Positions 50,431 to 64,000 of a DNA stretch of 64,000 nucleotides are shown here, piece after piece; the first letter of the stretch is position 1; every line of letters starts with the position of its first letter. The notes beneath the pieces were generated by a model, which worked only from the letters and a program-made list of their open reading frames with translations, did no database searches and had not been told where the DNA came from. The stretch lies in NCBI RefSeq assembly GCF_009834535.1, contig NC_045697.1, positions 94,242,001 to 94,306,000 of the forward strand, written 5' to 3'. This stretch comes from Camelus ferus (taxonomy: Eukaryota). The translations under genes and the position numbers were made by a program.

Positions 50431-50879
50431 CATAATAATAACTACCCTGATTTTGGTTATGATAGTATGTACTTAAGATGAGCCTGGCAAATGTAGATAT
50501 TTGATAAATGTAATTGTTTTAGTCTTTCTTCAACACCAAATGTTATCAATTTTTATTCTTCAAACAGCTTTTAGATTTATGTGCTCATTTAATCTAGACT
50601 CCACTGTCATAATTCTAATGCTTATCATTCTTCATCTGGACACTTATTAATCTAAAAATTGTTCTCGGTGACAATTTTTTTTCACATTTATTTCAGCTTT
50701 CATGCTTCTTAATTCATATAAATGATATTTAAGACCATGGAAATGTTGAGAGGGCACACGGGAAACAAAGAGGGCTATGTCAGAGCTTTTTAAACATGAC
50801 CATTCACCTGTCATGTAATAAAAGAGCCTGAAAAGGAGAATGAAATATCCTTGTCTCCGTCTTCTATCTTGTTGCCGAC

Positions 50880-51430
50880 CAAATTCATTAAATTAACACC
50901 GTGCATTGATTCTACCTCGACTGTATTATTTGAATCTATCCACAAATTTCCATCCAAACTGGCATTTCTCTAATTCAGGCTTATGTTATTCCTTGAGAAT
51001 TTTTGATTAGTTCCCTTGTCTCCAGTGCTTCCTCTTCTAATGTATTCTCCACATCACCTGTGTATGTCCCTGCAACCCTTTTAGCATCAGTTTTAATCTA
51101 GCCTATTAACCTGAAATAAGTATGAACTTCTGTTTTCTTGACTGTATGTAACACCCATAGGTCTTTGCTTAGGCTTTTTTCTCTGCTGGAGTAGATCTAC
51201 TGATCTATTTGTTTCTAATATTCACCTTTTAAAACTTGACTTCCATTTCACCTCCGGAAAGCTTTTATTCTTTGTTCATATCAATTACTGGTGTTCTCTT
51301 CCTGTGATCCTGTGATACACTGTATATATCACTACAATTACATTTGTTTGTTTTATAATTATGAGTTTTGCATCTATTTTTTTCTATCAAATTTTGTTCC
51401 TTTAGAGATGGTGGTATATAAAACTAATTC
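50880..51430 (+). mobile_element. L2 relic
   Basis: TGATTCTACCTCGACTG..TTGAATCTATCCAC..TTAGTTCCCTTGTCTCCAGTGCTTCC, a pyrimidine-rich L2 3' block. Confidence 0.6.
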
Positions 51431-51434
51431 ACTA

Positions 51435-51952
51435 TGTCAAAGAAAAAATCATGCCAGCCCCCCCCCCCACAAAAAAAACCAAACTTTGTTTAAGACTATT
51501 GCAGTAGAGGAGAGAGATTGAACTCAACTCTGTTGCAGGGAAGGGTGGGAGACATTTTAAGCACTGAGATGAGCTAGTCAGAAAGTACTGGAGGACATTA
51601 AGGAGAAGGTTGGTCAATGTGATTAGGTCATTTTTTAAACTGGTTTTGCTGTGTCTAGGGGTTCGGCTCCTACCCTCCCACAAAGCCTGGGAGACAGGGT
51701 AGCTATCTTCCCTGATGATTATGTTTTAAAGGGATGACTTCAGGGTCCTTCATGAAGAAAGATGTTCCTGGGTAATAAAACAGGCAAGAACCTGGGAGAA
51801 GATTTGTATCTTAAAAGACCCATGAGAGAATTTATAGTTGCAAGTTTTCCAAACTAAATGCTCCACGAAAAGGCGGGTCAGGGGCCTGAAGTCAGGAAGA
51901 AACTTGTCTAAAGTTTAGTCAAGCTGAGGGGAATGTTAAGCCATCTTGGTCA
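51435..51952 (-). mobile_element. ERV1 solo LTR, MER67/MER31-like
   Basis: TG..CA termini. Minus strand begins TGACCAAGATGGCTTAACATTCCCCTCAGCTTGACTAAACTTTAGACAAGTTTCTTCCTGAC. Confidence 0.8.
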
Positions 51953-52829
51953 ATATTTATATTCACAGTTCTGAGACACGTTCAGCGCTGTAAATTTTAC
52001 TTTGCTATTATGTCCTACAAAGTCAAATGGTATTTTAGCACAAACATTTTCTTTAAAAGTCTCATTATTCTTGCCTAATCACAGGCACTCTGGGCAGCAG
52101 ATGCTGGGCAGAATATGTATTTTTTTCCTTGCTTTAGTTCCCTTGTTTGGATGCTGATGAGTGTCTTCTTTCTTATTCTTGCTTTTTTCCTTTATGCCTT
52201 TTCTGTAGGTTCTGGCTCCTAACACCCTTACTTCTGGCTTATGCCACAGAAGTCTGATACCTTCTTGTAGCTAAGTCTCAAATCCATCCCTGGCTCCACC
52301 GTAGGAGGTCAGGAACAATTCTTACTTTATACAAAACAGAAAAGAAGGCGACTCTCGTGATAATATTGATTACCGCTCATGGCCAAATAGATGCCACATT
52401 ATGCTAAGTGTGCACATGTGCACGCACATACACATGCGATGGATGACCGCTGAAAGCAAGACACAGACTGCCTCAAAGGAGGAATAGTTAAGTAAACACA
52501 GAGTCAAACCGAGGGACAGAAACAAAGATAGAAGAGGGATTAGAAGCCTCATGTACTTACAATTACAGCAACTCCCTCAGTTCACACACAGAGATAATTC
52601 TGATGACACAGCATATTCCCTAATTTGTATTGCACCTCTTATATTTATGACAAGAGTAGGGGAGAGGAATAACTAACGCTGAGTTCTTATTTGGCATCTT
52701 ATATTGTAGAGGTATTTTCCAGCTTTTTCATTTCTTTCTTTCAACGTTATTATTTCCATTTAAATATAAAGAGACAGGGGCTCAGCTGCTGAATGCTTTG
52801 CTGAAGGTCCTACAGCTTGAAATAGAAAA

Positions 52830-54300
52830 TTAAAAAGTAGCGAAAAGAAAACATAACTACTGCAGATATGTCCTTCAAATCAATTACTAAAATAGGGAAA
52901 GCTCTCATGAGCCTACTAATAGTAAAAGATGATGAAACATATATAAAATAGAAAAGAGAAAGTAGAGGTAAGCTAAAATAAAAGGAAATCCAGGAATTAT
53001 AAGGAAAAACTATGTGCAGTTGTAACCAAAAAATATTTGAAAATCTAAAGAAATGATGTATCTAAATATAAACTAATAAAACTTAAACCATCATAGAAAA
53101 TATGGATAAGGGATTAGCATTAAAAACCATAACAAACATGTTCACGGTTGACTTTGATCTACCCTTTTCAGAACATATTTTAATTTTTTTAAGTTTTAGA
53201 AGCGACATAAAGAGATGGAAATTTCCTGATTAATTATTGAAAGCCGGCATAACCTGTGATTATATCAGTTGAAGATAGAAAATATTAATAAAATTCAATT
53301 ATCAATTCTGTTAAGTGCTCTTAGAAAATAAGAACAGATGCCAAATTATTGAAATGTAATAGACTAACAAAACTGAACAGAATATTGTTTTCAACAGAGA
53401 AACACTAAAATAATTCAATTAAAGTAATCATGTCCTTTAGCATTATTGTTATTTTTATTTTGGGGGGAAGTTCTAGCAAATGGTACAAGAAAAGAAATTA
53501 CTGGAACAAATATTAGATAAGATAAAACTGTCTTTCTCTGCTGATCATATGACTGCCTACCTTAAAAGCTCAAAAATACAACCTTAAAAATACTGTAATT
53601 AAAAAAGGGTTACTGTGTGGCTCCATTACTGTCCATTGTAGCAATAAGCACCTAGAAATATAAATGAGAGGAAAAGTCCCACTGAAAATTGAGGCAACAA
53701 TTTTGTGTGTATATTACATAGTAATAACCTTTTAAAAAGGCATAATCCTTATATGAAGAAAGCAATAATACCTTTTAAATATTTTAAAATGTGATCTTTG
53801 CCAACAGGGAAACATAGTATTTTTCATTTCTCTTGACTAAAAATTCAAAATAAGAAAAATATTAATTGTACTAAAATAAATTTATAAATGTAATATAATT
53901 CCATTTGTTGAATTTGTTGAAATAAACCTGAAAATTTAAACGTGCATGTAAAAATTCCAAGAGAACCATATGAAAAATGTGAACAGGATGGTATAATTTC
54001 CTTACAAATATCAGATAGTAGAATAAAACAGAGAAACAAAATCGTAACAATGCATGACATATTTATTATTTCAATTCAGTGTGAAATATTTAAGATAAGA
54101 TATGTACACTCTTTAAAATTCACTGGGAAAAAATAGAGTTGGATGTACATTTTACATCATATTGAAAAATAAATTCCAGATAGTTTAAGGTTTAAATTAG
54201 GGCTATATTACTTGTCTTGGTGGGTTATCTCCTAGATAGTGTAGATTAGAGAAAGAAATATGCAAAGATTTATGAATAATATGATATCATTTTTTAAAAC
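52830..54300 (+). mobile_element. old L1 ORF2 relic (sense)
   Basis: A-rich; CCAAAAAATATTTGAAAATCTAAAGAAATG, AAAACTGTCTTTCTCTGCTGATCATATGACTG (eroded LFADDM), TTTACATCATATTGAAAAATAAATTCCAGATAG. Confidence 0.75.
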
Positions 54301-55147
54301 TGACTAAACCTCTCTCCAGGTCCTACAGTATATGTGTGTGCGAGTCAATGTGTGTGTGGAGTCGTGTGGTGGGTGTGAGCATGGAAATGGGTGTGCTATT
54401 GTATAGAAATAGAAATTTGGAGGTAAGGGTGCCAAACAAAAGAGTAGCAAAAAGTGTGCCCTCTCTCCCATAAAAACTGGTTTATGATGAGTGTGAAATA
54501 TACTATGTGTGTCTTCAAAATAATTTATGGAAAATACAAAGACTTTTTTGCTTTTCATTATCAATACTTACTATTAACTTTCTGAGATTTTGCTTGTTTT
54601 ACATGCTTGGTCTGTCTCTTCCCATAGCTCTGCTTCCTCTCGTATATGTTGTCTCTGTGTTGCCTTCCTTTTGCAGTGATTGTATTCCCTACAGATAATT
54701 GGTTTATTGACTCTGAACTCATTTTTCCCTGGAGTTAGGAGTTGCCATATCTAGTAATGTGTATCCAAAGGAGGCCCAGGTCTAGACTGCGCTTGTGTCT
54801 TCTTGGTGAGTTAGAGAAGGAAAGGATGAACCTGCACAAGGAGAAACACAGGCTTCCCAGAACTACCACCAGGTCTCCTGGTGTGCTGTCCTTCCACCAG
54901 CGACTTCTTTCTGCAGAGAGGATATTTAAACTCTCTGAAAGAAGCTGCATGGAATGAGAAAATGACTTTTAGAATGTAATCCACCAGCACTGAGGGTTTG
55001 AAGAGAGAATTTGGAGGAGAGTATGCCCAGGGCAGCTCTTCAACCTGCTTCTCCTTTCATCATCTTTTTAGCCCAGCAGGATTTAGAACTGCCATGATAT
55101 CATCCCATGGCACCTGGTAGTCTACAGTGTAGATGCTGTTTTATAAC

Positions 55148-55639
55148 TGTCAACTGAAATAAATGCATAGCCTAAGAGTTGAGAGTTATGTTTTTTTTGG
55201 CAGACATTTCTGAGGACTCGAACCCCTTTGATGACAGCCTCAGATTGCTCTGAGGGACTGGCTACTCCCAAGAGGTAGGGGAGGAGCTAGTATATATAGG
55301 AGTTTTACAACAAAGACAAGGTGGTTTGAACATCAGAAGATTACTTGTTAACTAAAGAAAACCAGACATCTCAAGTTAAAGAATTTAGCGCTTTTCTGTG
55401 TATGGGAGGAAGCAAACATTTGGGCTCATTGAATTCATTGCTTTGACAAGCATCTAGCTATCTAGGGCCAGTATCCTGTCCTTTCTTATTCTGAGTCCCC
55501 TCAGAGTGCACCATTGTGAGTGGCTGCAGAGCCCAGGCTGCAGGCTTGTCTTCACTGGGGGGTGGCAGCAGCCGCTGATGACTTAATGGTTTCAGCATTC
55601 TTTGTTTACTGATATGCTTTGCAGTATTTTTCATTCACA
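55148..55639 (-). mobile_element. ERV1-class solo LTR (~490 bp)
   Basis: TG...CA termini, flanks TAAC/TATC (near 4-bp TSD). Related to the LTR at 46698. Confidence 0.8.
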
Positions 55640-57119
55640 TATCTCATAGTGACTATGGGAACAGATAGTGACCCTCTCAGATCAAGGAGAAGGTGAGACA
55701 AAGACAGAGTTAAAATTTGGTCCTCTACCCATTTCCCACTGTTGCGACGCTCTCCTTCAGGCAAATGCTCCAACTAGTTCCTGACAGCCAGGAGTTGCCC
55801 CAGGACTCCATCACTGTTGATTTGTTTGTTTTATACATCCCACACTTCCTTACTCTAGTGTTCTTATTTTCCTAAGCTTATATTTGCTTTTCTAAAACAG
55901 AAAAAAGAATGTTAAATTATTTCTGATAATAAGCATCCGTTACTTCATTATCAGCATTAAGTTTGAATAATAGTATAATTCTGGAATGTAGAAAATGTCT
56001 TGGTCGTTCTCTACAAAAAAACTTAAACATATAAAAGTACTCAGTCAATTTTAATTATGGATCTGTGTGTTTGAATGCAGAATGTTATTCTGATGTTTGC
56101 ACAACAGCATAGCAGTAACAACAGGTTGTAATTTGAAATGGCTTTTGTTTTTACTTTACGTGGGTTTTGCATTTCTAGCATTTTCTGTTTGCTTGACCCA
56201 TGATGATGCACTTCATTGTAGCTAGCTGTGGTTTTTTACTCTGACCTGCCGATTGTTGTACTTCCTGCTGACATTACTCTATTGTTAGAAATCTAGCATT
56301 AGTCTTAAAAACCACTGGAGGACTGGCCTTTGGCTACATTGTCTGTAGGGATGCCAGGTGCCCATGCATTCGGCATTAATGTGTGATATAGTCCATTAGC
56401 CTCAAGTCTTTATGAGATCCTCTGAGGTTGGCTGAATGTTCCAGGCTGACTTTAAATAAAGCAAATTTATTGACTTAGTGTAGAACTTTATTGCCTGAAT
56501 CATTTTCAGACTGCCCTTGAACATTTTTGTTAATGCATTTATTCATTTGTACTCTTTACATGCAGTTGAATTCAGAATATTTTATTGTCTGTGAATATTA
56601 TATTTGGTTATATAGTGTTCTCACTTGTAAAATCTCCTATATTAAATTGGAATCATACACACTGAATGTTGTGCTTACCACTTTCCTTTAACATGGAACT
56701 ACATAAGTTTAAGAAGCTATAGAAAATTTGACTATAAGAATAAAGAGAAGTGAAACACAAATGTAGTAATTTTTTTATATTACTTAACTAGGGAGCTCTT
56801 TTAAGCATAATACCTAGGGGAAGACATGGGAAAGTTGTAAATTACTACACCACATTAATATGCTGATTTAATAATATATACTTAATAATTTGAGGAAGGC
56901 GGTAGAATTGGCCTTTTGTAATATGATTTTTTTCAGGATATATATATTTTAAAGTTGCACATACGAGTCTCTATAAAACTTCCCATTTACTGCAATTTTC
57001 TTACCCATTGATGTAACCATGTGTGTAAACCTACAGCTGTGTGTCATGTGACATATATGTTTTATGCTTACAGAGGTAAATTCTATTTCTATGTAGATGG
57101 TGACTTTTGGAAAAATTAA

Positions 57120-60100
57120 ACACAAAATTTCAGCATTTTCTAGGATAATGGCTGCTGCCTAAATTATAGCCCCAAACCAGGTTATCAACATGAAAAAAGA
57201 AGACTGAAACAGCCTAGTTCAATAGCAAAATTCAGAGAGAGAGTGTGTACTACAAGCTGTATCTGTATAAGAAGGGAAATATCCTATACTGTCAGATCCA
57301 TTTCTGGAGCCCATGAATGATCAAGTAGAGACTGCACAGGAAAGAACATTTCTCAGGATGCTAAACATGTAGACACACAGATAAAATCACATTCAGAATA
57401 AGAGGGTTCCCATCATGTTTGAGGAAAAACTGCGGAAAGGTCTGAGGTAAGGTACATTTGAACACTGGATATTAGAGAATTGAATGGAAGGAGCATGAAA
57501 GGATATTGGACCTGAGGAGGCAGACTTAGGGAGGACTATTTCTAGTGGAGATGGAGGTGACTAGGAGGCGTGAAACAACATTTGTGGCCAGGTGGTAAGG
57601 GGGAAAAAAGTGAATAAAGAAATTGAAAATAATGGTCCTATAGAAACAATAGAGATTCACAAAATCAGAGAAACAAGCCCTCTTCACTAAAAAAGGTGAA
57701 AATGATTAATGAAATTGCACCCTGTTATACTAAAATACAAAGTCACTCTCTACATAAGAAATCAGTCAGCCACCCAGAACTGTTACTCCTACTTATGCAG
57801 AATCATTCTTATTACTGGTCAGAGTTTAAAAATGAACAGAAAACAGCTAATAACATCTCTACAAAACCTGTACAAGAGGAAAAGAGAAAACGACAATAAA
57901 TATCCATGATGAACACCACCTCCCCACTGGCGCGCGCACACACACACACACACAAACATGAAACAAAGGAAAAGTATAACAAAATGTCTCAAACATATCT
58001 TTAAGGAAGTATCTATAGAAACAAGCACAAATCCATTACATCCAAAATCAAACACAAGAGATCAGAAATGACAAAATTAGGAATATATCAAAAGAGAGCT
58101 GATGGAACTCTAAAAATGCAAGTCAAAATTATTGGAGAAATGATTTCAAAGTACTCAAGGGAGAATAATTTTGATTAAAGTATTGAAGTACATTATTAAA
58201 ACATAGTGAAGTGCATTATTGTTGTACTTGTATGTTGTTCATGAGTATGCATTGACAAATCAAAATTAATATAAAAATGAAAATGAAATAAAAAGAGACA
58301 AAATAATGATCAGAGAAATTATGATGGAGGTAAAAGAACAAGAAGATCCAACATGCATATAATTAGTTCATGAAGAATAAGAATAATAAATGAAACAGAA
58401 CTAAACATTAAGATTATAATCCAAGAAAATGCCCCCCAAATAAGAGAGCCTGAATCTATATATTGACAGTAACCATATGCACCTGGTTTAATTGATTCAC
58501 AGCGATCAATTTCTAGGCATACTCAGGTAAATTAATAGACTTTAACATTAAAGAAGAAAAATCCTCTGAACTTTTCATCAAAGAAATCACCTACATGAAA
58601 GAGAAGTTGGCTGTGACTAGAATCTTTGCTAAGCAGTATCAAAAGAAAAGCAGGTTGAGAAACATTCTCAAGAAGCTCAGAGAGAGAAAATGCAAGTCGG
58701 GCATTTAATATCCAAACTACCAAGGCAACAGAGAGAATCATCTTAAACATGCAAAAATGTAGGGACTTTTGTGCTCATGAGGTCTTCATGATGAATATAG
58801 AAGAGGATAGCCTACAACAAAAAAGGAATTACTAGAAAAATGTGGTGAAAAGATTATTGGTGAGCTTTGAATATATTTAAATGCAGATCTAAGACTAAAA
58901 GTAGGGAGAGAGCAGGAGAAAGGTTATATTAAATGTTGTATGTTATAACAAAGTAGACACCAAAAAAGGTTAGAGAATAGAAGAAAACAATGGGAGGGGA
59001 AATAAAATAACCTCACTGATGATCCCATAGTTGAAACAAAAATGATTTAAAGCTACCAAAACAAATAATAGATGCCAACTGTCTCCAGTGGGCAGTATAA
59101 AAGGTATAAAAAAGATAAAAACAATATGATTAAGAAAGACTAAAAATGCAGAAGTGTGGGCCAAATGTATATTAGAAAATGCAAATTATGAGAAAGAGGA
59201 TTTGTGATTCTGATACCAGACAGGTAGAATTTGGGATAATTAGTCACACATAACACATGTGGACACTTTTAAATACACTTTAAAATAACTCTCAATGAAA
59301 ACAAAATAATGTTGAATATCTATGTTTCCAATAACACAGAATACACCTAAGTAAGGCAGACACTATGAGAAATAAAAGAAGGAATAGACAAATACATTAA
59401 TATTAGAAGACTAACATCACTGAGTCAAAGATAGGTCAAGTGGGCAAAAAAAAAAAAGTAAGAATATTACAACTCAAAATAAATGGCTATATATCAAATT
59501 TTCCAAGGTGATAGTAGAGAATATACTTCTGGAGCATTATACAATATTGAGCACATAGTAAGTAAAAAGAAAAAAGCTTCAACAAGTTCTAAAATACAGA
59601 TACAGTACAAATGCATTCTGGCTACAATACAAAAATCTTGAAATTAATATCAGACATCTTACATAAAGATTTTAAGTCTTAAATAGCTCCTGGGTGAAAG
59701 AGAAATACAAACCCAACACACAGTCTTTATATAAAAATTGATCATTAAAACATTTGGTATCAAAATCTAGGAGTTAAAATTAAAGCAATGAGTAAAAGAA
59801 AATCCATAGCACTGTGTTATCAATATAAACACGTATCAATAAAAACAAAATGGTAACTGTGGCTGTCCTGTCTCTGACAGATTCTATATTTTGTTTCAGG
59901 ATGTAATTTTCTTACTGGTAACATGGAAGAAAGAGATGTATCCATTGTAAAATGAACGTAATACTATAAACCTCACAGGGTGTTGAAAGGATTAAATATG
60001 ACATTGCATAAAAAAAATGAGGAAAATAAATTTTAAAGAGTCTCAAAATGAGTCAGAAAATGTTCGTAAATTTAAATAAAGCAAGGAAGTAATACATATA

Positions 60101-60800
60101 AAGCAGAAATTATAACTTGAAATTAAAACAATAGGTAAGTAGTGTGTATATATACACCTGCATATATGTAATATACATATATAGTATACATACATGTATA
60201 TATAGATACATAGATACATAGATAGATTCTTTGAAAAAAATGAAAATAACAGACAAACCACTAATCTTCAACAGAAAAATAGAAAGTAGATATTTGCAGA
60301 ATAATAAATAAAAAGGAGGAAAAGCCATTTAAACAGAATGTCAATACTACCTTGACTACTTTCATAATTCTATGAAAATTAACTTAAAAGTCAGATGAGC
60401 AAATGTCTTGGAAAATAACATTCACAAAAATTGACAATAATTTTTAGAGATAAACTTTAGAGATAGAAATAGAAATGGTTTAAGCAGATTAATTTCCATA
60501 GACATAAGAGAAAAGAGGAAAAAGATTTTTTTAAGCAGATAAACATTTATACCTAAACCTCATAAAGACAACACCATAAAAGAAAACCACAAACTGACCT
60601 CACTGATAAATATAGTTGCAAAACCTCTAAGTATATATTAGGAAATTGAATCTAACAGCCTATTAAAAATAATATATCATGACCAAGTGGAATTTATTCC
60701 AGAAATTTAATTCATGCCTAGCTGAATATTAGAAAATATACTGATATAGCTACCTGTTATGATAGATTTAAAGAGAAACATCATATTATCTCCAAATAAA
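57120..60800 (+). mobile_element. old L1 relic spanning the 5' region, ORF1 and the start of ORF2, with deletions
   Basis: ORF1-like AAGAAGATCCAACATGCATATAATTAG..ATAATCCAAGAAAATGCCCC. Endonuclease-like TTGAATATCTATGTTTCCAATAACA. RT start CATGACCAAGTGGAATTTATTCCAGAA (HDQVEFIPE, cf. HDQVGFIPG) at ~60678. Confidence 0.85.
57930..57954. repeat. (GC)n(AC)n alternating purine-pyrimidine tract
   Basis: GCGCGCGCACACACACACACACACA seen directly. Confidence 0.9.
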
Positions 60801-61394
60801 CAGAAAGAGCCTAATATTTAAATTAACATTATTAATATTAATGCACACATGTGTATCATACATACCAATATGAAGTTACAAAGATGAAGTGGGAAAATTA
60901 TAATAGTTAATGAATCGAGAGTGAAGAGTATGTGAGTGATTGTATTTAACATGTCTCAACATTTCTTTAAGTTTGGAATTTTTAAAAATGGAGGAGAAAA
61001 ATAATACAAGCGTTTTCAAAAATCTCTGGCTAGATTCAATTCAAAGAGTCATCTTTAAAATAGAAAATGCATTGACCTACTTTCTTTAAAAATCTGAGTT
61101 CCAGAGTAAATTTCCAGGAAAGGAAAACTTCATGGAATCAAGACCACTAAGAAGCATTCTGGCTGAAACATTTTCAAAGTATGTCAATCTCTGAAAATTT
61201 GGGGTTGCTACAGATTATTTTAGTTAGTTATACTATCCACAGATGACTGATTGAATGGATAAATCTAGCTAATCAGCTTGAGTAAGCATTTAATATTTTT
61301 GTACAATATTTTTTGCAACCGAAATATACAACAGTAGTTAACATGTGTCTTCACAGTAGGTATGATGCTCCCAACATGGCTGGGATTAAGAATT

Positions 61395-61815
61395 ATTTGT
61401 TTGTTTGTTTGTTTATTATATCCTACCTATGAATAAAGTTAATACAGTATTTGTCTTTCTTTGCCTGACTTATTTTACTTTGCATAATGTCCTCAAAGTC
61501 CATTCATCTTGTTGTAAATGGCAAGATTTCATTATTTTTTTAATAGCTGAGTTGTATTCCATTGTTTACAGATACCACATCTTTATCCATTCATCTATGG
61601 TTGGGCACTTAGATTGTTTCCATATCCTGGCTATTGTAAATAATGCTGCTATGAACATGGCAGTGCATACAGCTTTCCGAGTTAGGTTTTCTTCTTTGGA
61701 TCAATATCCAGAAGTGGAACAGCTAGATCATGTAATAGTTCTGTTCTTAATTTTTTGAGGAATCTCCATACTTTTTTCTGTAGTGGCTTCACCAATTAAC
61801 ACTCCCATCACAGAG
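61395..61815 (-). mobile_element. L1MA/MB-type 3' UTR, antisense
   Basis: ATACAGTATTTGTCTTTC..TGACTTATTTTACTT..CCACATCTTTATCCATTCATCT..GGGCACTTAGATTGTTTCCATATCCTGGCTATTGTAAATAATGCTGCTATGAACATGG. Confidence 0.92.
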
Positions 61816-64000
61816 TAAGGATATTTTTTAGCCAAAAAAGGAATTATAATTTCAAAGATAAACTAATAAAATAATTAAAATATGAGACAGAATTACCCAA
61901 GGTCTGCTATTACCTATAATAATTAAATATGTTATAATACCATAAAAGAAAGCTCTTTGTATGTTAAGTTGTATTTCTTAAATTTTGTCCTTGACTTTTC
62001 AGATAACTTTATATAATTTGGATTTTTAAACTAAGAAATGGAGGTTGCAAACACTGAAACTAGTATCAGAGCATCATTTTCCTAGTTGTGGAAATAGGTT
62101 TTTACTTTGTCCTTCATCACCTTTTTCATGACTGTTTACACTCTCTCCCTTATTATACCTCTTTTGTTACCTTTATTTTCTATATGATCAACCAAACTTT
62201 CATTAACAAATATAAGCTCAAAGAAAATAATTATTATTATTCAGAACATGTTGGGGACAGAGGAGATTGTCTTACTCTTATTTCTCAAAGTTAAAGAACA
62301 TAAATTACATTATTCAGTGGGATAAAAAAGGATCATAGGAGTTTTCTGATACAAAATCCTGAAGAGAGTTTGTTAAATAAAATCTTCAGTTTAACTCTTT
62401 TCCTTCTATACTTATTTTGAGAATGAGAGAAATTGACCAATCTCTTGTTGAAAATCATGTGTCAGAGCAAGTTTCAAAAAGCACCTTTTCAGCCACATAT
62501 TTTTAAGCTAAAATATTCCCGTTTTCTGAGGAGTGTTTTCATAATTCCTGTTCATCAGGTTTGATTCATCAGGTTCTGAAGGAAAGAACCCACAGTTGGG
62601 AGTTACAGGCTGAGCTGCTAGCTCTTGCTCTGAAAATGATTTACTAATTATTTGAGGCTAAGTCATTTTATTTCTCTTGCCTTGCTTATGGCTGATAGAA
62701 TTTGAAGTAGGAGAGAATGGTTGAGACTGCATGTATGTTAAGTGTTGGAGGTTCAGCAAAAAAGAATTTAGTGATTTCAAAGGAATTAAAATTTAATTTA
62801 AAGTGAACCATTTGAACAATCTCTTAAAATACTGGCTAAATATCAAGTATCTGAATAAAATTTGTTAAAAATTTTGTTTAATTTTTACATTTATTTTGTA
62901 GTTTATTCATACTCTACATCGCAACTAGTCTCGAAAAGGCACTGTGAAATGTTGTTGGGAATAAAATTATGATTCTATCAGTTGATAAAAGGCAAAATTT
63001 CCAATGACTAATCAGTTGCAGTTGATATAATAAATGATTTAAAATATATACTTTATCTAATGCAATTATTGAGCTGTAAAATTTACTGGGCTCATAATCT
63101 TACAGTTTTAAGTTATTGGAATAATAAAAATAAAAATAAATCCATACATTTTTGCTTTAGGAATTACTGAAATGAAACTCTGTGCCATTTAATTACATCT
63201 TTCAAAGGACTATAATCTCTTAATCGCCATGAGCTTCTCTTTTATCCTAGTAATTGGCATTTAGGCACATTGAATTCATATTAAACTTTCCATGTCAGAA
63301 AGTAAGGCTGGCTGCTGAATTAGAGGCTTTTCAAAAGTAAAGCTTCTGCTCTTTTAGTTTATGATATATGAATCACATTGAATATCCCATCAAATATCAC
63401 CCTTTGATGGGGTTAATCTATATGTTAATGGTTTCTCTATTTTCTGTACTATCTTGCCCTTTTCATTTATTTAATACATTGTATTTTTACAGTTTATATT
63501 GTTTAAAAGAAAATTTGCAAGTCAGTGAAGAGGACTGCATACCCTTTGATGACAGGGAAATTACATTCTTGTGTTTAAATGCTGTTTAATATATTAAAAT
63601 TAGGTTAAAAGCTCCTCTGAAAAGGTTTTTTTCCCCTGTAATAGAAAGACTTACAGAAATTGCAAACAAATTGTGACAGGGGCATGAGGGAAGGGTAGGT
63701 ACTTGGTATAAATCCACCGCATAGGAAACCTGGAAGGCCTGTTGCATTTTAACATTCAAAGAAGGAAACAAGCTCAGAAGAAGGAAACAACCTCTACTAA
63801 ACACAGTTCTATATCCAGAATACTAAATGTGCAGGAGTGGTCCAAAATCTCCTCAGAGCTTGGCAGACGTGGCAAAGAGAACTGTTGGGCCATTAGGGAG
63901 AATCACCTCTTCTAGAAACGTGTCCTGTAATAAAGCACATGCAGTCCGAAAACGAGGCATCAGAAACTGGATTAAGCCTCAGAGACTTTTCAGTATCACG

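Noticed and set aside
46698..55639. Full provirus bounded by the two related ERV1 LTRs
   Set aside because: The LTRs differ in length and sequence, each has its own TSD-like flanks, and the interval holds MIR, L2 and L1 host DNA rather than gag-pol-env.
61405..61758. 117-aa ORF
   Set aside because: Antisense translation of an L1 3' UTR, a well-known source of spurious ORFs.
1..64000. CRISPR array, operon or other prokaryote-type system; named host gene
   Set aside because: The sequence is mammalian repeat-rich DNA with no repeat-spacer array or dense ORFs, and no exon could be tied to a known gene.

Overview
This is 64 kb of AT-rich, CpG-depleted mammalian genomic DNA, most likely from a camelid (camel, alpaca or llama). 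That call rests on a tRNA-derived SINE and a short L1 3' end whose forms I recall as camelid, not on a database search. I recognise no protein-coding exon, RNA gene or CRISPR array. The longer supplied ORFs fall in repeats, low-complexity or unassigned sequence, and none resembles a protein I recognise, so the window reads as intergenic or deep-intronic. It is a mosaic of old L2, MIR and L1/HAL1 relics, MaLR/ERVL/ERV1 solo LTRs, a decayed ERVL gag-pro-RT-RNaseH relic (~36.9-39.55 kb), two hAT relics, a few young insertions with target-site duplications (TSDs), microsatellites, and several repeat-free blocks that look like conserved non-coding DNA. The most interesting items are: (1) a CpG-rich LTR-like element at ~8.40-8.87 kb carrying TCTCGCGAGA, a GC-box and an NRF1-like motif and ending in a poly(A) signal plus A-rich tail; (2) a ~77-bp fold-back palindrome at an L1 deletion junction (30.36-30.44 kb); (3) a non-coding exon candidate with strong splice signals (14449-14571, minus strand); and (4) two related ERV1 LTRs, one ~0.8 kb longer than the other. 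I found no evidence of a new multi-gene system. Repeat family names come from recalled consensus similarity, and boundaries are approximate unless a TSD is given.
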